Shown here one piece after another: positions 21,709-31,719 of a stretch of DNA of 64,000 nt. Made by a program: the position numbers and the translations under genes. Each line of letters begins with the position of its first letter. The stretch's first letter is position 1. Source of the DNA: an uncultured Rickettsia sp. (lineage in GTDB: Bacteria > Pseudomonadota > Alphaproteobacteria > Rickettsiales > UBA1997); assembly GCA_964505265.1 (NCBI GenBank), contig CAZDGN010000006.1, forward strand, positions 24,214 to 88,213, written 5' to 3'. The notes under the pieces were generated by a model. The model searched no databases. It was not told the origin of the DNA and worked only from the letters and a program-made list of their open reading frames with translations.

Positions 21709-22329
21709 TTATAAAGTTAAAATTAGTTTCTCTCGATAAAATTCATATTTGTAAAATCGCTTTAAAAAACTCATACCAAGCAACGGAACCGACAAATCTG
21801 ATTCAGTAATTGAAGCCTCAACATTATAAAATTTAACCCCCGAAACATCAATTTCATCAATATTTACACTTGCCCCCCGCACTTTACCATTGGCTGTTTT
21901 AAATATTTTATCATAATATAAATTTCTAAAATCTATGCCGATTTCTTCGGCAATTTTTTTATCAATTACGGTTTCGCTTGCTCCGGTATCAATCATAAAA
22001 CGAATATTTTTATTATTTAATTTTAAATCAATATAAAAATGACTATCAGCTGAAATAGCAATAATAATTTGTTCGTGATTTTTTATTATTGCTTTTGACG
22101 GAAATATTTCTGAAGATACACGATTTTTGACATCGCCAAATTCATATCGAAAACTATATAAAATTATTGCAAATAATATTATAACCGTCCAAATTAAAAT
22201 ATATTTTAAAACTATTTTACCAGGCATTTCTTTACGAGAAAAACCCATTGCAATTAAGGCAATAACAATGATAATATAAATAACATTAGCTATTTGCGAT
22301 CCAGAAAAATCATTATAACTATTTAGCAT
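21709..22329 (-). CDS. TIGR02281-type clan AA aspartic protease
   Basis: Two N-terminal TM helices, FMIDTGAS, TANG, LLGMSFL. Confidence 0.88.
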   Translation of the reverse strand: MLNSYNDFSGSQIANVIYIIIVIALIAMGFSRKEMPGKIVLKYILIWTVIILFAIILYSFRYEFGDVKNRVSSEIFPSKAIIKNHEQIIIAISADSHFYIDLKLNNKNIRFMIDTGASETVIDKKIAEEIGIDFRNLYYDKIFKTANGKVRGASVNIDEIDVSGVKFYNVEASITESDLSVPLLGMSFLKRFYKYEFYREKLILTL

Positions 22330-23411
22330 TTTAATAATTTTTTTAAATTTTCTAAAACTATGGAATTTTCTTCATCATTCCCGATACTTAATCTTAAGAA
22401 AGATGGTAATCCATAGCCAGCAACTTCTCTTAAAATAATACCTTGTGACAATAAATCTTGGTTAATTTTTTGTGAATTCTGGGCCGAAAAAAAATCTATT
22501 AATATAAAGTTTGCTATTGATGGATAAGCCTCCAAATTGGCAATTTGTTTAAATTCGTCGCTAAAAATTTTAAGCCATTTAGAATTATGCTGTTTTGAAG
22601 CTAAAGTAAAATCATCATCATCTAAAGCATTTAAAGCTGCGATTTGAGCTGGTCCAGAAACATTAAAAGGTCCACGAACTTTATTTAAAACCTTAGCAAT
22701 TTCAAGTGATGAATAGCTCCAGCCAATTCTTAATGATGCCAAACCATATATTTTAGAAAATGTTCTTGTCAAAACCACATTTGGAAATTTATCAACTATT
22801 TCAAAACCATTATAAAAATCCGAAACATCAACATATTCTTCATAAGCATGATCTAAAACCAATAAAATATTAGATGGAATTTTGGTAATCAATTCTAAAA
22901 TTTCAGTTTTATTTAAATATGAACCCGTTGGATTATTTGGATTTGCTAAAAAAATAATTTTAGTTTTTTTGGTAATAGCATTTAAAATATTGTTAATATT
23001 GGTTTTTAAGTTTTTTTCCAAAACCTTTATTGCTCTAGCTCCAACCCTTTGTGCGGAAATTGGATACATTAAAAAACCATGTTCAGTATAAATAATTTCA
23101 TCATCAACCGAGGCAAAAGCCGAAGCAATAAGAGCTAAAATCTCGTCTGAGCCAGCTCCGCAAACAATTTTATTAGCATCAATTTGATTTTTATGTGCTA
23201 ATTTTTCTCGCAAATTTGCACATGATCCATCTGCATATCTAAACACATCTTTTGCATGTTCAATATATTTTATTAAGGCTTTAGGACTTGCTCCAAGAGC
23301 ATTTTCGTTGGATGATAATTTAATGATGTTTTTATTTTTTGATTTTACTTGAGACTTACCCGGAACATAATTATTGATATCAAGTAAGTATTTATGAGGC
23401 TTTGGATACAT
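22323..23411 (-). CDS. hisC: Histidinol-phosphate aminotransferase
   Basis: KLSSNEN, ANPNNPTG, RTFSKIYGLASLRIG. Confidence 0.92.
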   Translation of the reverse strand: MYPKPHKYLLDINNYVPGKSQVKSKNKNIIKLSSNENALGASPKALIKYIEHAKDVFRYADGSCANLREKLAHKNQIDANKIVCGAGSDEILALIASAFASVDDEIIYTEHGFLMYPISAQRVGARAIKVLEKNLKTNINNILNAITKKTKIIFLANPNNPTGSYLNKTEILELITKIPSNILLVLDHAYEEYVDVSDFYNGFEIVDKFPNVVLTRTFSKIYGLASLRIGWSYSSLEIAKVLNKVRGPFNVSGPAQIAALNALDDDDFTLASKQHNSKWLKIFSDEFKQIANLEAYPSIANFILIDFFSAQNSQKINQDLLSQGIILREVAGYGLPSFLRLSIGNDEENSIVLENLKKLLKC

Positions 23412-23412
23412 A

Positions 23413-24444
23413 TTAATTGCGAATTAATTTTAATAAAAATTCAACATTTTCAATTGGAGTTTGCGGTAAAATTCCATGACCTAAGTTAAAGATAAAAGGT
23501 TTATTTTCAAAGGTTTTAAGGATTTTTCTTACTTCATTTTCGATGATTTTTTTATCACCAAAGGCCAAGATAAAATTATCAAGATTTCCTTGAATTATTC
23601 TATTATTTTTTTCGTAAATATTTTCTATTGCCCAATTTAAATCAAGATTTTGATCAATTGCCAAGCCATCGCTATTAACCTTTTTTGCAAAAACCTCATA
23701 ACCGTTTCCAATTGCTTTTGGAAAATAAATTACAGGAATTTCAGGATGATTTAATTTTAGATAATTAACAATTTCAATTGCTGGATTTATTACCCATTTT
23801 TCTAGGAGAGTTGGTGGTAAAATTCCTGCCCATGAATCAAAGATTTTAACAATATTTGCTCCAGCTTTAATTTGTGAAGTTAAATATATTTTTAAACTTT
23901 CGGTTAAAATTTTTATAAGATTACCAAAATCTTCTTCGTTTTTTAAAGATATTTGACGGATTTTTTCAAAATTTTTCGAGCCTCCACCTTCAAGCATATA
24001 ACAAGCTAAAGTCCAAGGAGCTCCACAAAAACCGATTAAATCAATAGCTTTATCTAATTTTGATCTAGTGAGGTTTATAGCTTCGTAAACTGGATTTAAA
24101 TTTTTATTAATATCTTGAGTATTTAATTTTAAAAGATCGCTTTCTAGATTAAAATTAGCCAATTTTGGACCATGATTTTTAACAAAATCAACTTTAAGTC
24201 CTAAAGCATCTGGAATTACTAAAATATCAGAGAAAATAATTGCTGAATCAAAATTAAATCTGCGAATTGGTTGTAAAGTTACTTCACAAGCTAATTGGGG
24301 ATTATAACATAAATCTAAAAAATTGTTAATTTTAGAGCGGACTTCTAAATATTCTGGTAAATATCTACCAGCTTGCCTCATTATCCAAATTGGTGGTTTA
24401 GAACATGATTTTTTATCTTTTAAAATATTAAATAATTTATTCAT
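23413..24444 (-). CDS. hemE: Uroporphyrinogen decarboxylase
   Basis: WIMRQAGRYLPEY, IFSDIL, FNLGHG. Confidence 0.96.
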   Translation of the reverse strand: MNKLFNILKDKKSCSKPPIWIMRQAGRYLPEYLEVRSKINNFLDLCYNPQLACEVTLQPIRRFNFDSAIIFSDILVIPDALGLKVDFVKNHGPKLANFNLESDLLKLNTQDINKNLNPVYEAINLTRSKLDKAIDLIGFCGAPWTLACYMLEGGGSKNFEKIRQISLKNEEDFGNLIKILTESLKIYLTSQIKAGANIVKIFDSWAGILPPTLLEKWVINPAIEIVNYLKLNHPEIPVIYFPKAIGNGYEVFAKKVNSDGLAIDQNLDLNWAIENIYEKNNRIIQGNLDNFILAFGDKKIIENEVRKILKTFENKPFIFNLGHGILPQTPIENVEFLLKLIRN

Positions 24445-24717
24445 TATATTTAGATGTAATTAATAGGTGATGTTAATATTTTAATAAACATTTATTAACA
24501 AGTTATTAACAATTTTACCAACATTAAAATTATTGTAAATAATGCATTTAATAAAGTTATTAACAATTTTAAAATGGTTAAAAAAAGGTTATTAACATTA
24601 ATAAATTTGTTGATAAAATGTTAATATTGTTAATAAGTTTTTCTTTAAAAAAAATATGTTTAATAAGTTCACTTTTATTAACAAGTTATTAACATTTTAT
24701 CAACATAGTTATTAACA
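24445..24717. other. Putative chromosomal replication origin (oriC)
   Basis: Extremely AT-rich 273-bp gap upstream of hemE, the known origin position in Caulobacter and Rickettsiales. Dense with DnaA-box-like and CtrA-like repeats. Confidence 0.75.
24492..24717. repeat. Array of TTAT(T/C)AACA 9-mers
   Basis: TTATTAACA forward at 24492, 24503, 24557, 24589, 24675, 24686, 24709 and reverse at 24628; TTATCAACA forward at 24697 and reverse at 24608. Confidence 0.9.
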
Positions 24718-24975
24718 ATGGAAAAAATAATATTTAAAAAACTACAAGAAGCCTTTGAACCAGAGTTATTGAAGGTTGTTAATAATTCTCATCTTCATAG
24801 CGGACATTTCGCCGTTGAAAATCCTAAGCATCATAATCAAACACATTTTTTAGTTAAGATTTCTGCAAAATCTTTTGCCAATAAATCAAAAATTTCAATT
24901 CATCGCGAAATAAATAATTTACTCAAAGATGAATTTAAAAACGGTCTTCATGCTCTTGAAATCAAAATAATATGA
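24718..24975 (+). CDS. bolA: BolA-family protein
   Basis: NNSHLHSGH, HREIN, GLHAL. Confidence 0.88.
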   Translation: MEKIIFKKLQEAFEPELLKVVNNSHLHSGHFAVENPKHHNQTHFLVKISAKSFANKSKISIHREINNLLKDEFKNGLHALEIKII

Positions 24976-25931
24976 ATAAAAAAAATAAATTATTTCTTTT
25001 TTTGTTGTTTTTAACTTCGTCATGTTCAAGTTTACAGAAACAAAATCCAATCATCGAAGAAGCCCCGAAAAAAAATAATGTTTATTTTAAAATTAAACCA
25101 AAGAAATTATTGGATTTAAAAGATGGGGTAAAGCCTGCAATTTTGCAAATAAAATGGTGTAATTTAAATTCAGGAAAATGTCAAGGCGGTTTTACTAGTT
25201 ATCATTGTAGTTTTGATGATGATAAAAGCTTATGCGGTGATCTCGAAAAAGAATTTAAAGAAGCTAAAATTATGAAAGAATATGAAAGTTTTGATTATAC
25301 AAAACTTTTTTTAAAAAGCGGAATATGGTACATAGATAGTATTCAAGAAATTTCAAATAATAAATTCGATAAAAAAATATCTAAAATAAAAAATCCTAAC
25401 GACAATTTATATTTTAATAATCAAAAATTTTTGACAAACCCAACTTTAGATTTAAAAAAAGATAATCAATTTGCAAGGATGGTTGATTTAATTGGTTTTG
25501 GAAGTATAGTTTTTGCAGAAAATATTAAGCCTTCCACCTCTGAACAGTTCATAGTAGAGGGATTTTTTTTGATTAATGGGGTGTTTTTTATGTCAGTTGG
25601 TCGATCGATAAATTATATCAGCACAAAAGATTTTGGTTTTATTAATAATTTTACAACCGCTCTAAATAAGGATACAAATAAAAATATGGATAGGTTTCTA
25701 AGTTTTGAGGTCAAGGAAAATCAAGTTATAAATTTAGGAGATATTGAAATACTTATAAGAATTCGTGGTGGCAAAGGAGAAAAAAGAAGAGAGGGTTTGG
25801 TTGATTTAGAATTTAAAAATGATTTAGAAAAAATTTTAAAAAATGATGTAGATTTGAAAAAAATCAAAATCATTTACCAAGAGCCTAAAACTGGTAATTT
25901 GATAGGTAAATTTGGTGGTGGATATTTTTAA
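24972..25931 (+). CDS. Hypothetical lipoprotein
   Basis: Basic N-terminus, hydrophobic stretch, LTSSC lipobox-like motif; overlaps the bolA stop. Confidence 0.65.
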   Translation: MNKKNKLFLFLLFLTSSCSSLQKQNPIIEEAPKKNNVYFKIKPKKLLDLKDGVKPAILQIKWCNLNSGKCQGGFTSYHCSFDDDKSLCGDLEKEFKEAKIMKEYESFDYTKLFLKSGIWYIDSIQEISNNKFDKKISKIKNPNDNLYFNNQKFLTNPTLDLKKDNQFARMVDLIGFGSIVFAENIKPSTSEQFIVEGFFLINGVFFMSVGRSINYISTKDFGFINNFTTALNKDTNKNMDRFLSFEVKENQVINLGDIEILIRIRGGKGEKRREGLVDLEFKNDLEKILKNDVDLKKIKIIYQEPKTGNLIGKFGGGYF

Positions 25932-25934
25932 AAT

Positions 25935-27236
25935 CTACTTTTTATTCTTGGAATCAAGTAAAGAAATTTCTTTTTTCCTTTCTCTTTCTTCAATTTCTCT
26001 GTCAGTTAAATAATCAGTTTTAACATGTTTAGAGTTCTTCAAAGCATCCTTATTAATCGATATTGATTTAATATTTTTTTGTGAGGGAATTTCAAACATT
26101 GAATCAAGTAAAATATTTTCAACTATGGCTCGAAGACCTCTGGCTCCAGTTTTTCGCTCAATAGCATTTTTGGCAATTTCATCAAGAGCATCATCTTCAA
26201 AATTTAATTCAACTCTATCCAAGTTAAATAATTTTTGATATTGTTTTACAATAGAATTTTTCGGTTCAACTAAAATTTGTTTTAAATCTTCTTTGGTTAA
26301 GCCGTCAAGAGGTGAGATGATTGGGAGTCTACCGACAATTTCAGGAATCAAACCAAACTTAATCAAATCATCGGGTTCAACATTGCGAAAAATGTCTTTT
26401 CTTGCATAATCTTCCTTTTCTCTAACATCGGCACCAAAGCCAATTGAAGAGCCGGCTCCTCTTTTAGAAATAATTTTTTCTAAGCCTGAAAAAGCTCCAG
26501 CACAAATAAATAAGATGTTTTTAGTATCAATTTGTACATATTCTTGTTGGGCTGATTTTCTACCTGGTTGGGTCGGAACTGAAGCAACGGTTCCTTCAAT
26601 AATTTTTAATAAACCTTGTTGAACACCTTCTCCTGAAATATCTCGACGAGAATTATCTTCAACTTTTCTGGCGATTTTATCAATTTCATCAATATAAACT
26701 ATACCTCTTTGAGTTTTTTCGATGTCATAATTTGCAGATTGTAAAAGCCTAGAGATGATATTTTCAACATCGTCACCGACATATCCAGCCTCGGTTAATG
26801 AAGTGGCATCGGCCATAGTAAAAGGAACATCTAAAATTCTGGCAAGAGTTTGAGCAAGAAGAGTTTTACCACATCCAGTTGGTCCAATCATTAGAATATT
26901 TGATTTAGCAATTTCTACCCCGTCGGAACCCAAGAAAGTATTATCTATTCTTTTATAGTGATTGTATACAGCAACCGCAAGAACCTTTTTAGCATAATCT
27001 TGACCGACAACATAATCATTTAAAATTTTAATTATTTCTTTTGGGGTGGGTTTTTCACCAGTATTTTTATGAAGTGGTGAGCGCTTATTTTCTTGCTTTA
27101 AAATATCCATGCCAAGCTCAATGCATTCGTTGCAAATAAAGGCTGTAGGACCTGCAATTAGTTTTTTTACCTCATGTTGAGATTTGCCACAAAAAGAGCA
27201 GTGCAAATCTTTTTCGTCGTCATGTTTTTTAACCAT
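25935..27236 (-). CDS. clpX: ATP-dependent Clp protease ATP-binding subunit
   Basis: CSFCGKS..ICNEC zinc finger, [23 protein letters not shown]. Confidence 0.97.
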   Translation of the reverse strand: MVKKHDDEKDLHCSFCGKSQHEVKKLIAGPTAFICNECIELGMDILKQENKRSPLHKNTGEKPTPKEIIKILNDYVVGQDYAKKVLAVAVYNHYKRIDNTFLGSDGVEIAKSNILMIGPTGCGKTLLAQTLARILDVPFTMADATSLTEAGYVGDDVENIISRLLQSANYDIEKTQRGIVYIDEIDKIARKVEDNSRRDISGEGVQQGLLKIIEGTVASVPTQPGRKSAQQEYVQIDTKNILFICAGAFSGLEKIISKRGAGSSIGFGADVREKEDYARKDIFRNVEPDDLIKFGLIPEIVGRLPIISPLDGLTKEDLKQILVEPKNSIVKQYQKLFNLDRVELNFEDDALDEIAKNAIERKTGARGLRAIVENILLDSMFEIPSQKNIKSISINKDALKNSKHVKTDYLTDREIEERERKKEISLLDSKNKK

Positions 27237-27251
27237 TTTATATAAATTAAA

Positions 27252-27893
27252 TTAATCTTTTTTATGTAAATCTTTATTAGAATCCGGTCTTTTTTCAATT
27301 ACTTTATCAATAATTCCGAATTCCTGAGCTTTTTGCGGAGACATAAAATTATCTCTTTCCATTGATTTTTCAATAACTGCAATTTTTTGCCCAGTATGTT
27401 TGGCATAAATTTCATTCAGTCTTCTTTTTAGAGCCAAAGTTTCTTGAGCATGGATTTCAATATCAGTAGCCTGACCTTGATATCCGCCACTTGGCTGGTG
27501 AATCATAATTCTTGAATTTGGTAGACAGAATCTTTTGCCTTCAGCTCCAGCGCAAAGCAACAAAGAACCCATTGATGCTGCTTGACCAATGCAAACGGTG
27601 TTAACATCAGGAGTTATATATTGCATAGTATCATACATCGCCAAGCCAGAAGTAACAATTCCCCCAGGAGAATTGATATAGAAGTAAATATCTTTTTTCG
27701 GATCTTCCGATTCTAAAAATAACAATTGAGCTACAATTAAAGAGGATACTTGGTCGTTCACTGGACCGCATAAAAAAATAATTCTTTCTTTTAAAAGTCT
27801 AGAATAAATATCAAATGAACGCTCGCCTTTAGGGGTTTGTTCAATGACCATAGGCACTAAATAATTTGCAAGATCTGGAGTTTTATCAAACAT
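27252..27893 (-). CDS. clpP: Clp protease proteolytic subunit
   Basis: [30 protein letters not shown]. Confidence 0.97.
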   Translation of the reverse strand: MFDKTPDLANYLVPMVIEQTPKGERSFDIYSRLLKERIIFLCGPVNDQVSSLIVAQLLFLESEDPKKDIYFYINSPGGIVTSGLAMYDTMQYITPDVNTVCIGQAASMGSLLLCAGAEGKRFCLPNSRIMIHQPSGGYQGQATDIEIHAQETLALKRRLNEIYAKHTGQKIAVIEKSMERDNFMSPQKAQEFGIIDKVIEKRPDSNKDLHKKD

Positions 27894-28020
27894 ATTTTCA
27901 AAATTAAATTTAAAGGTATAACTAAATTATAAAGATTTTTTTTTATTGCAACCTTGAAAGTCTTTTTTTTAAAAATTAAATGTTTTATTATTTTAAAAAA
28001 TTAAATCTAATATTAAAATT

Positions 28021-28629
28021 ATGACTGAAAACAATCAAAATAATAATGCAGAATTTTCTGAAGTTAATTCTAAAAACTCACCCGAAAATCAAGAAAACAA
28101 TGCCTCAAGCAATAGCTCAAATAATGGCAACGAACAAAATTTAATAAATAAAATTCAAGAATTAGAACAAAAAAATTTAGAATTAAACGATAAGCTTCTT
28201 CGAACTTTGGCTGAGGCGGAAAATATTCGTAAAAGAGCTCGTGAAGAAAGCGATAAAGCCTCAAAATATGCCATTTCTGGCTTTGTTAGCGACTTAGTTG
28301 TGGTTTGTGAAAATTTTTTTATGGCTCAAGAAAATTCCCCAAAAAACGAAATTGAAAATAACATAGCGATTAAAAATTATGCCACCGCAATCGAGATGAC
28401 TCAAAAAGAATTGTTAAAAGTTTTAGAAAAAAATAATGTAAAAAGAATTTTTCCACTTAATCAAGATTTCGATCATAACTTTCACGAGGCAATTGCTCAT
28501 ATTGAATCTGATTCTAAGGCGGGTTCGGTAGTTCAGGTTATTCAGGCAGGATATTCAATTGCCGAGCGATTGATTCGTCCAGCCTTGGTTGGAGTTGCTA
28601 AAGAAAAAACTCCAGAAAATAATCAATAA
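28021..28629 (+). CDS. grpE: Nucleotide exchange factor GrpE
   Basis: AEAENIRKR, FDHNFHEA, RLIRPALVGV. Confidence 0.93.
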   Translation: MTENNQNNNAEFSEVNSKNSPENQENNASSNSSNNGNEQNLINKIQELEQKNLELNDKLLRTLAEAENIRKRAREESDKASKYAISGFVSDLVVVCENFFMAQENSPKNEIENNIAIKNYATAIEMTQKELLKVLEKNNVKRIFPLNQDFDHNFHEAIAHIESDSKAGSVVQVIQAGYSIAERLIRPALVGVAKEKTPENNQ

Positions 28630-28683
28630 AGATGCTTGCAAAAATAAAATAAAATTGAATAATTTAAGCATAAGTTGTTTAGT

Positions 28684-28759
28684 GGGATTGTAGCTCAGCG
28701 GTCAGAGCAGGACGCTCATAACGTCTTGGTCGTAGGTTCAATCCCTACCAATCCCACCA
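28684..28759 (+). tRNA. tRNA with CAT anticodon, most like tRNA-Ile2 (lysidine type)
   Basis: Acceptor GGGATTG/CAATCCC, anticodon arm GGACG-CTCATAA-CGTCT, CCA. Paired G1 excludes initiator tRNA; Ile2 versus elongator Met is inferred. Confidence 0.88.
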
Positions 28760-28918
28760 CTAAATTCCTTAAATTTTTTATGCTTGTAATTTCAAAATTA
28801 CTTGACTAAAATTAACAAAATCAAATTTAAATTTATTTAAGTTTGAATTATTTTAACTAGATTTGTAGGTTCAAAACAGATGTAAATCTTACCTATTTTT
28901 CTGCAATTTATTTTCAAA

Positions 28919-29122
28919 ATGCCTAAAGTAAAAACAAATAGCGGTGCAAAAAAACGCTTTCGCGTTACCGGAACTGGCAAGTTAAAACACAAACAAGCTG
29001 GTAAAAGACACAATCTTGGCAAAAAAAGCCAAAGACAAATCAGAAATCTTCGTAAAAGTGCATCGCTTTCAGAGGGTCATAGCGCTAGCATCCTGAAGTT
29101 CAAAATGCCTTATGATCGTTAA
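28919..29122 (+). CDS. rpmI: 50S ribosomal protein L35
   Basis: [14 protein letters not shown]. Confidence 0.96.
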   Translation: MPKVKTNSGAKKRFRVTGTGKLKHKQAGKRHNLGKKSQRQIRNLRKSASLSEGHSASILKFKMPYDR

Positions 29123-29157
29123 TCGGTAACAAATTTAAAATAAAATTAGGAGAAATT

Positions 29158-29517
29158 ATGAGTCGTGTAAAAAGAGGTGTAACCAAAAAAGCTCGTCACA
29201 AAAAAATATTAAAAATGGCAAAAGGCTACAGAGGAAGAGCCAAAAATTGTTTTAGAATTGCCATTCAAAAAGTAGAAAAAGCCCTAAGATATGCATATAG
29301 AGACCGTAAAGCTCGCAAAAGAGATTTTCGTGCCTTATGGATTCAAAGAATTAATGCCGGAGTTAGAGAGCATAATCTTGTATATTCAAAATTTATTAAT
29401 GGCCTAAAATTAGCCAAAATCGATCTAGATCGTAAGGTTTTGTCGGATCTTGCTATACATGACAAAAATACTTTTGCTAAAATTGTCGAAAAAGCTAAGA
29501 AAGCTCTTGAGGCATAA
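29158..29517 (+). CDS. rplT: 50S ribosomal protein L20
   Basis: [31 protein letters not shown]. Confidence 0.98.
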   Translation: MSRVKRGVTKKARHKKILKMAKGYRGRAKNCFRIAIQKVEKALRYAYRDRKARKRDFRALWIQRINAGVREHNLVYSKFINGLKLAKIDLDRKVLSDLAIHDKNTFAKIVEKAKKALEA

Positions 29518-29540
29518 ATAAATTAAATTGATTCAATTCA

Positions 29541-29960
29541 ATGAAGCTTTATAACGGACTTATCAAATATGGTAACAAAGATCAGATTGATGATGTTATC
29601 ATAATTGATAATTCCTTTTCTTTTAAGGCTTTAATTTTTAATCCGTTGTGGTTTTTTTATCATCGTATGTGGCAAGAATTTTTTTTGCTCATCGTTATGT
29701 CGGTGCTACTTACCTACCTTCCTCTTGCTCAAATCGATGTTGTTTTTATGCAATTTGCTCTTTATATAATGGTTGCCTTAAATTCAAGATCTTGGCTCAT
29801 TGACCATTTAATTAAGCATAAAAAATATCAACAATTAGCTATGGTTTTTGCAACAAATGCCACAGAAGCAAAATTAAAATTTATCAATCAAATTATTGCC
29901 AAAAAATCCATTCAAAATGAAGATGCTTTCGAACAAATTATAAAAAATATAAAAAAATAA
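29541..29960 (+). CDS. DUF2628-like membrane protein
   Basis: FSFKALIFNPLWFFYHRMW followed by hydrophobic helices. Confidence 0.65.
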   Translation: MKLYNGLIKYGNKDQIDDVIIIDNSFSFKALIFNPLWFFYHRMWQEFFLLIVMSVLLTYLPLAQIDVVFMQFALYIMVALNSRSWLIDHLIKHKKYQQLAMVFATNATEAKLKFINQIIAKKSIQNEDAFEQIIKNIKK

Positions 29961-30017
29961 TTTCCATATTTTAATTATTAATTTAAGATTAAATCATAAA
30001 TTAAATTAATATAAAAC

Positions 30018-30647
30018 ATGAAATTAATTGTTATAGATTACGGTGCTGGTAATGTTCAATCAGTGATAAATGCCATCAATCAAATTGATAATTCCCTTCA
30101 AATTATTGTTTCTAAAGAAATTTCCGATTTAAAGTCGGCAAATTATTTTATATTACCTGGTGTCGGTGCCTTTGGTGATTGTATGGAGGCACTAAAATCA
30201 ATAGATGGTTTCATTCCAGAGCTTAGAAATCAGATTTTAAATTACAAAAAGCCCTTTCTGGGTATTTGTGTTGGAATGCAGGTTTTAGCAAGTATCGGCT
30301 ATGAAAATGGCGAGCATCAAGGACTTGGTTTTATTAACGGAAGAGTCGAAAAAATCCCTGCCAATGATGGTTTAAAAATTCCACATATGGGCTGGAATAA
30401 TATCAAATTAAAAAATAATCGTCACCCAATTTTAAAAGATATTAATGAAGATGAGGATTTTTATTTTGCAAATTCATATCATTTTGTCTGTCAGAATGAA
30501 AATAATGTTTTGGCTTATGCAGATTATGGTCATAGAATCAATTCTATTTTAAATAAAGATAATATTTTGGCGATGCAATTTCATCCAGAAAAAAGTGGCG
30601 AAGCGGGTCTTAGAATTTTGAAAAATTTTATTAATTGGCGCCCATAA
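30018..30647 (+). CDS. hisH: Imidazole glycerol phosphate synthase glutaminase subunit
   Basis: DYGAGN, PGVGAF, GICVGMQ, QFHPEKS. Confidence 0.9.
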   Translation: MKLIVIDYGAGNVQSVINAINQIDNSLQIIVSKEISDLKSANYFILPGVGAFGDCMEALKSIDGFIPELRNQILNYKKPFLGICVGMQVLASIGYENGEHQGLGFINGRVEKIPANDGLKIPHMGWNNIKLKNNRHPILKDINEDEDFYFANSYHFVCQNENNVLAYADYGHRINSILNKDNILAMQFHPEKSGEAGLRILKNFINWRP

Positions 30648-30676
30648 TCTCTTGACCCCCCATTAAGTTTTTAACC

Positions 30677-31717
30677 ATGAAAATTTCCGATGTAATTGCT
30701 AAAAGTTTATATAATGCAGAAAACGGATACTACATCCATAAAAACCCACTTGGAAAAGAAAATGATTTTATAACCGCACCAGAAATTTCGCAAATTTTTG
30801 GCGAGGTGATGGCGATATATTTGTTGCATATTGCACAAAATTTTGATGGAAAAATTGCCCTGGTTGAGATGGGAGCGGGCAGGGGTGTGTGGTTTTACGA
30901 CATATTGTTTACCATTCATAAATTGGCAGAAAATAATGCAAAAATTGCCATAGATTTTTTACAAAAAAGCAATTTTAATATTATCGAAATTAATCGCGAA
31001 CTCACTAAAATTCAGCAACAAAAACTTAAAAATTATAATATTAATTGGTTTCAAAATTTTACAGAATTTGAAAATAATAATTCTCTGCCAATTTTTTTTA
31101 TCTCCAACGAATTATTTGATTGCTTTCCAATTGATCAATATGTTAAGACTGAGGCGGGTTGGCAAGAAAGATTGGTAGTTTTTGATGATAAGCAAAACTT
31201 ATCAATAGGGCGGTTTGTGATAAGAAATTTTGATAAAAAAATTGATGATTTTGTGGTCAATCAAATCGGCAATTATAATGCCAACAAAGCTAGAGTTGGA
31301 GCGGTTTTTGAGTATAGTGAAATGGCACAGAATTTGATGAATTCGTTGTGTATGGCAATAAAACAGCGAGGTGGAATTTTAATAAATTTCGATTATGGTT
31401 ATAATTTTTACGAATTTGCTAATACCTTACAAGTCGTAAAAAATCATCAAAAGATTGATTTCTTTCAAGGGCTTGGAAATGCCGACATTACTGCTTTGGT
31501 AGATTTTGTGGCTCTTGATAAAATTGCTAAAAAATATCAATTAAAAACCTCGTTAATATCGCAACGAGAATTTATTTTAAATCTAAATGGTGATGAGCGT
31601 TTGCAAAATTTGATTAAAGAAAATCCTGCACAAAAAGTTGATTTAATAAAGAGATTTAATCGATTAATCGATAAAAATCAAATGGGCGATCTTTTTAAGG
31701 CAATCATAGTCTGGTAG
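30677..31717 (+). CDS. NDUFAF7/MidA-family SAM-dependent methyltransferase
   Basis: FITAPEISQIFGE, VEMGAGRG, SNELFDCFP, DITALVDF. Confidence 0.88.
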   Translation: MKISDVIAKSLYNAENGYYIHKNPLGKENDFITAPEISQIFGEVMAIYLLHIAQNFDGKIALVEMGAGRGVWFYDILFTIHKLAENNAKIAIDFLQKSNFNIIEINRELTKIQQQKLKNYNINWFQNFTEFENNNSLPIFFISNELFDCFPIDQYVKTEAGWQERLVVFDDKQNLSIGRFVIRNFDKKIDDFVVNQIGNYNANKARVGAVFEYSEMAQNLMNSLCMAIKQRGGILINFDYGYNFYEFANTLQVVKNHQKIDFFQGLGNADITALVDFVALDKIAKKYQLKTSLISQREFILNLNGDERLQNLIKENPAQKVDLIKRFNRLIDKNQMGDLFKAIIVW

Positions 31718-31719
31718 CA

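Noticed and set aside
24492-24717. CRISPR array or simple satellite
   Set aside because: Units are 9 bp in both orientations with irregular short gaps; no spacers and no cas genes.
27894-28020. Heat-shock elements (CIRCE, sigma32 promoter) between clpP and grpE
   Set aside because: CTTGAAA is present at about 27953 but there is no matching -10, and no CIRCE inverted repeat.
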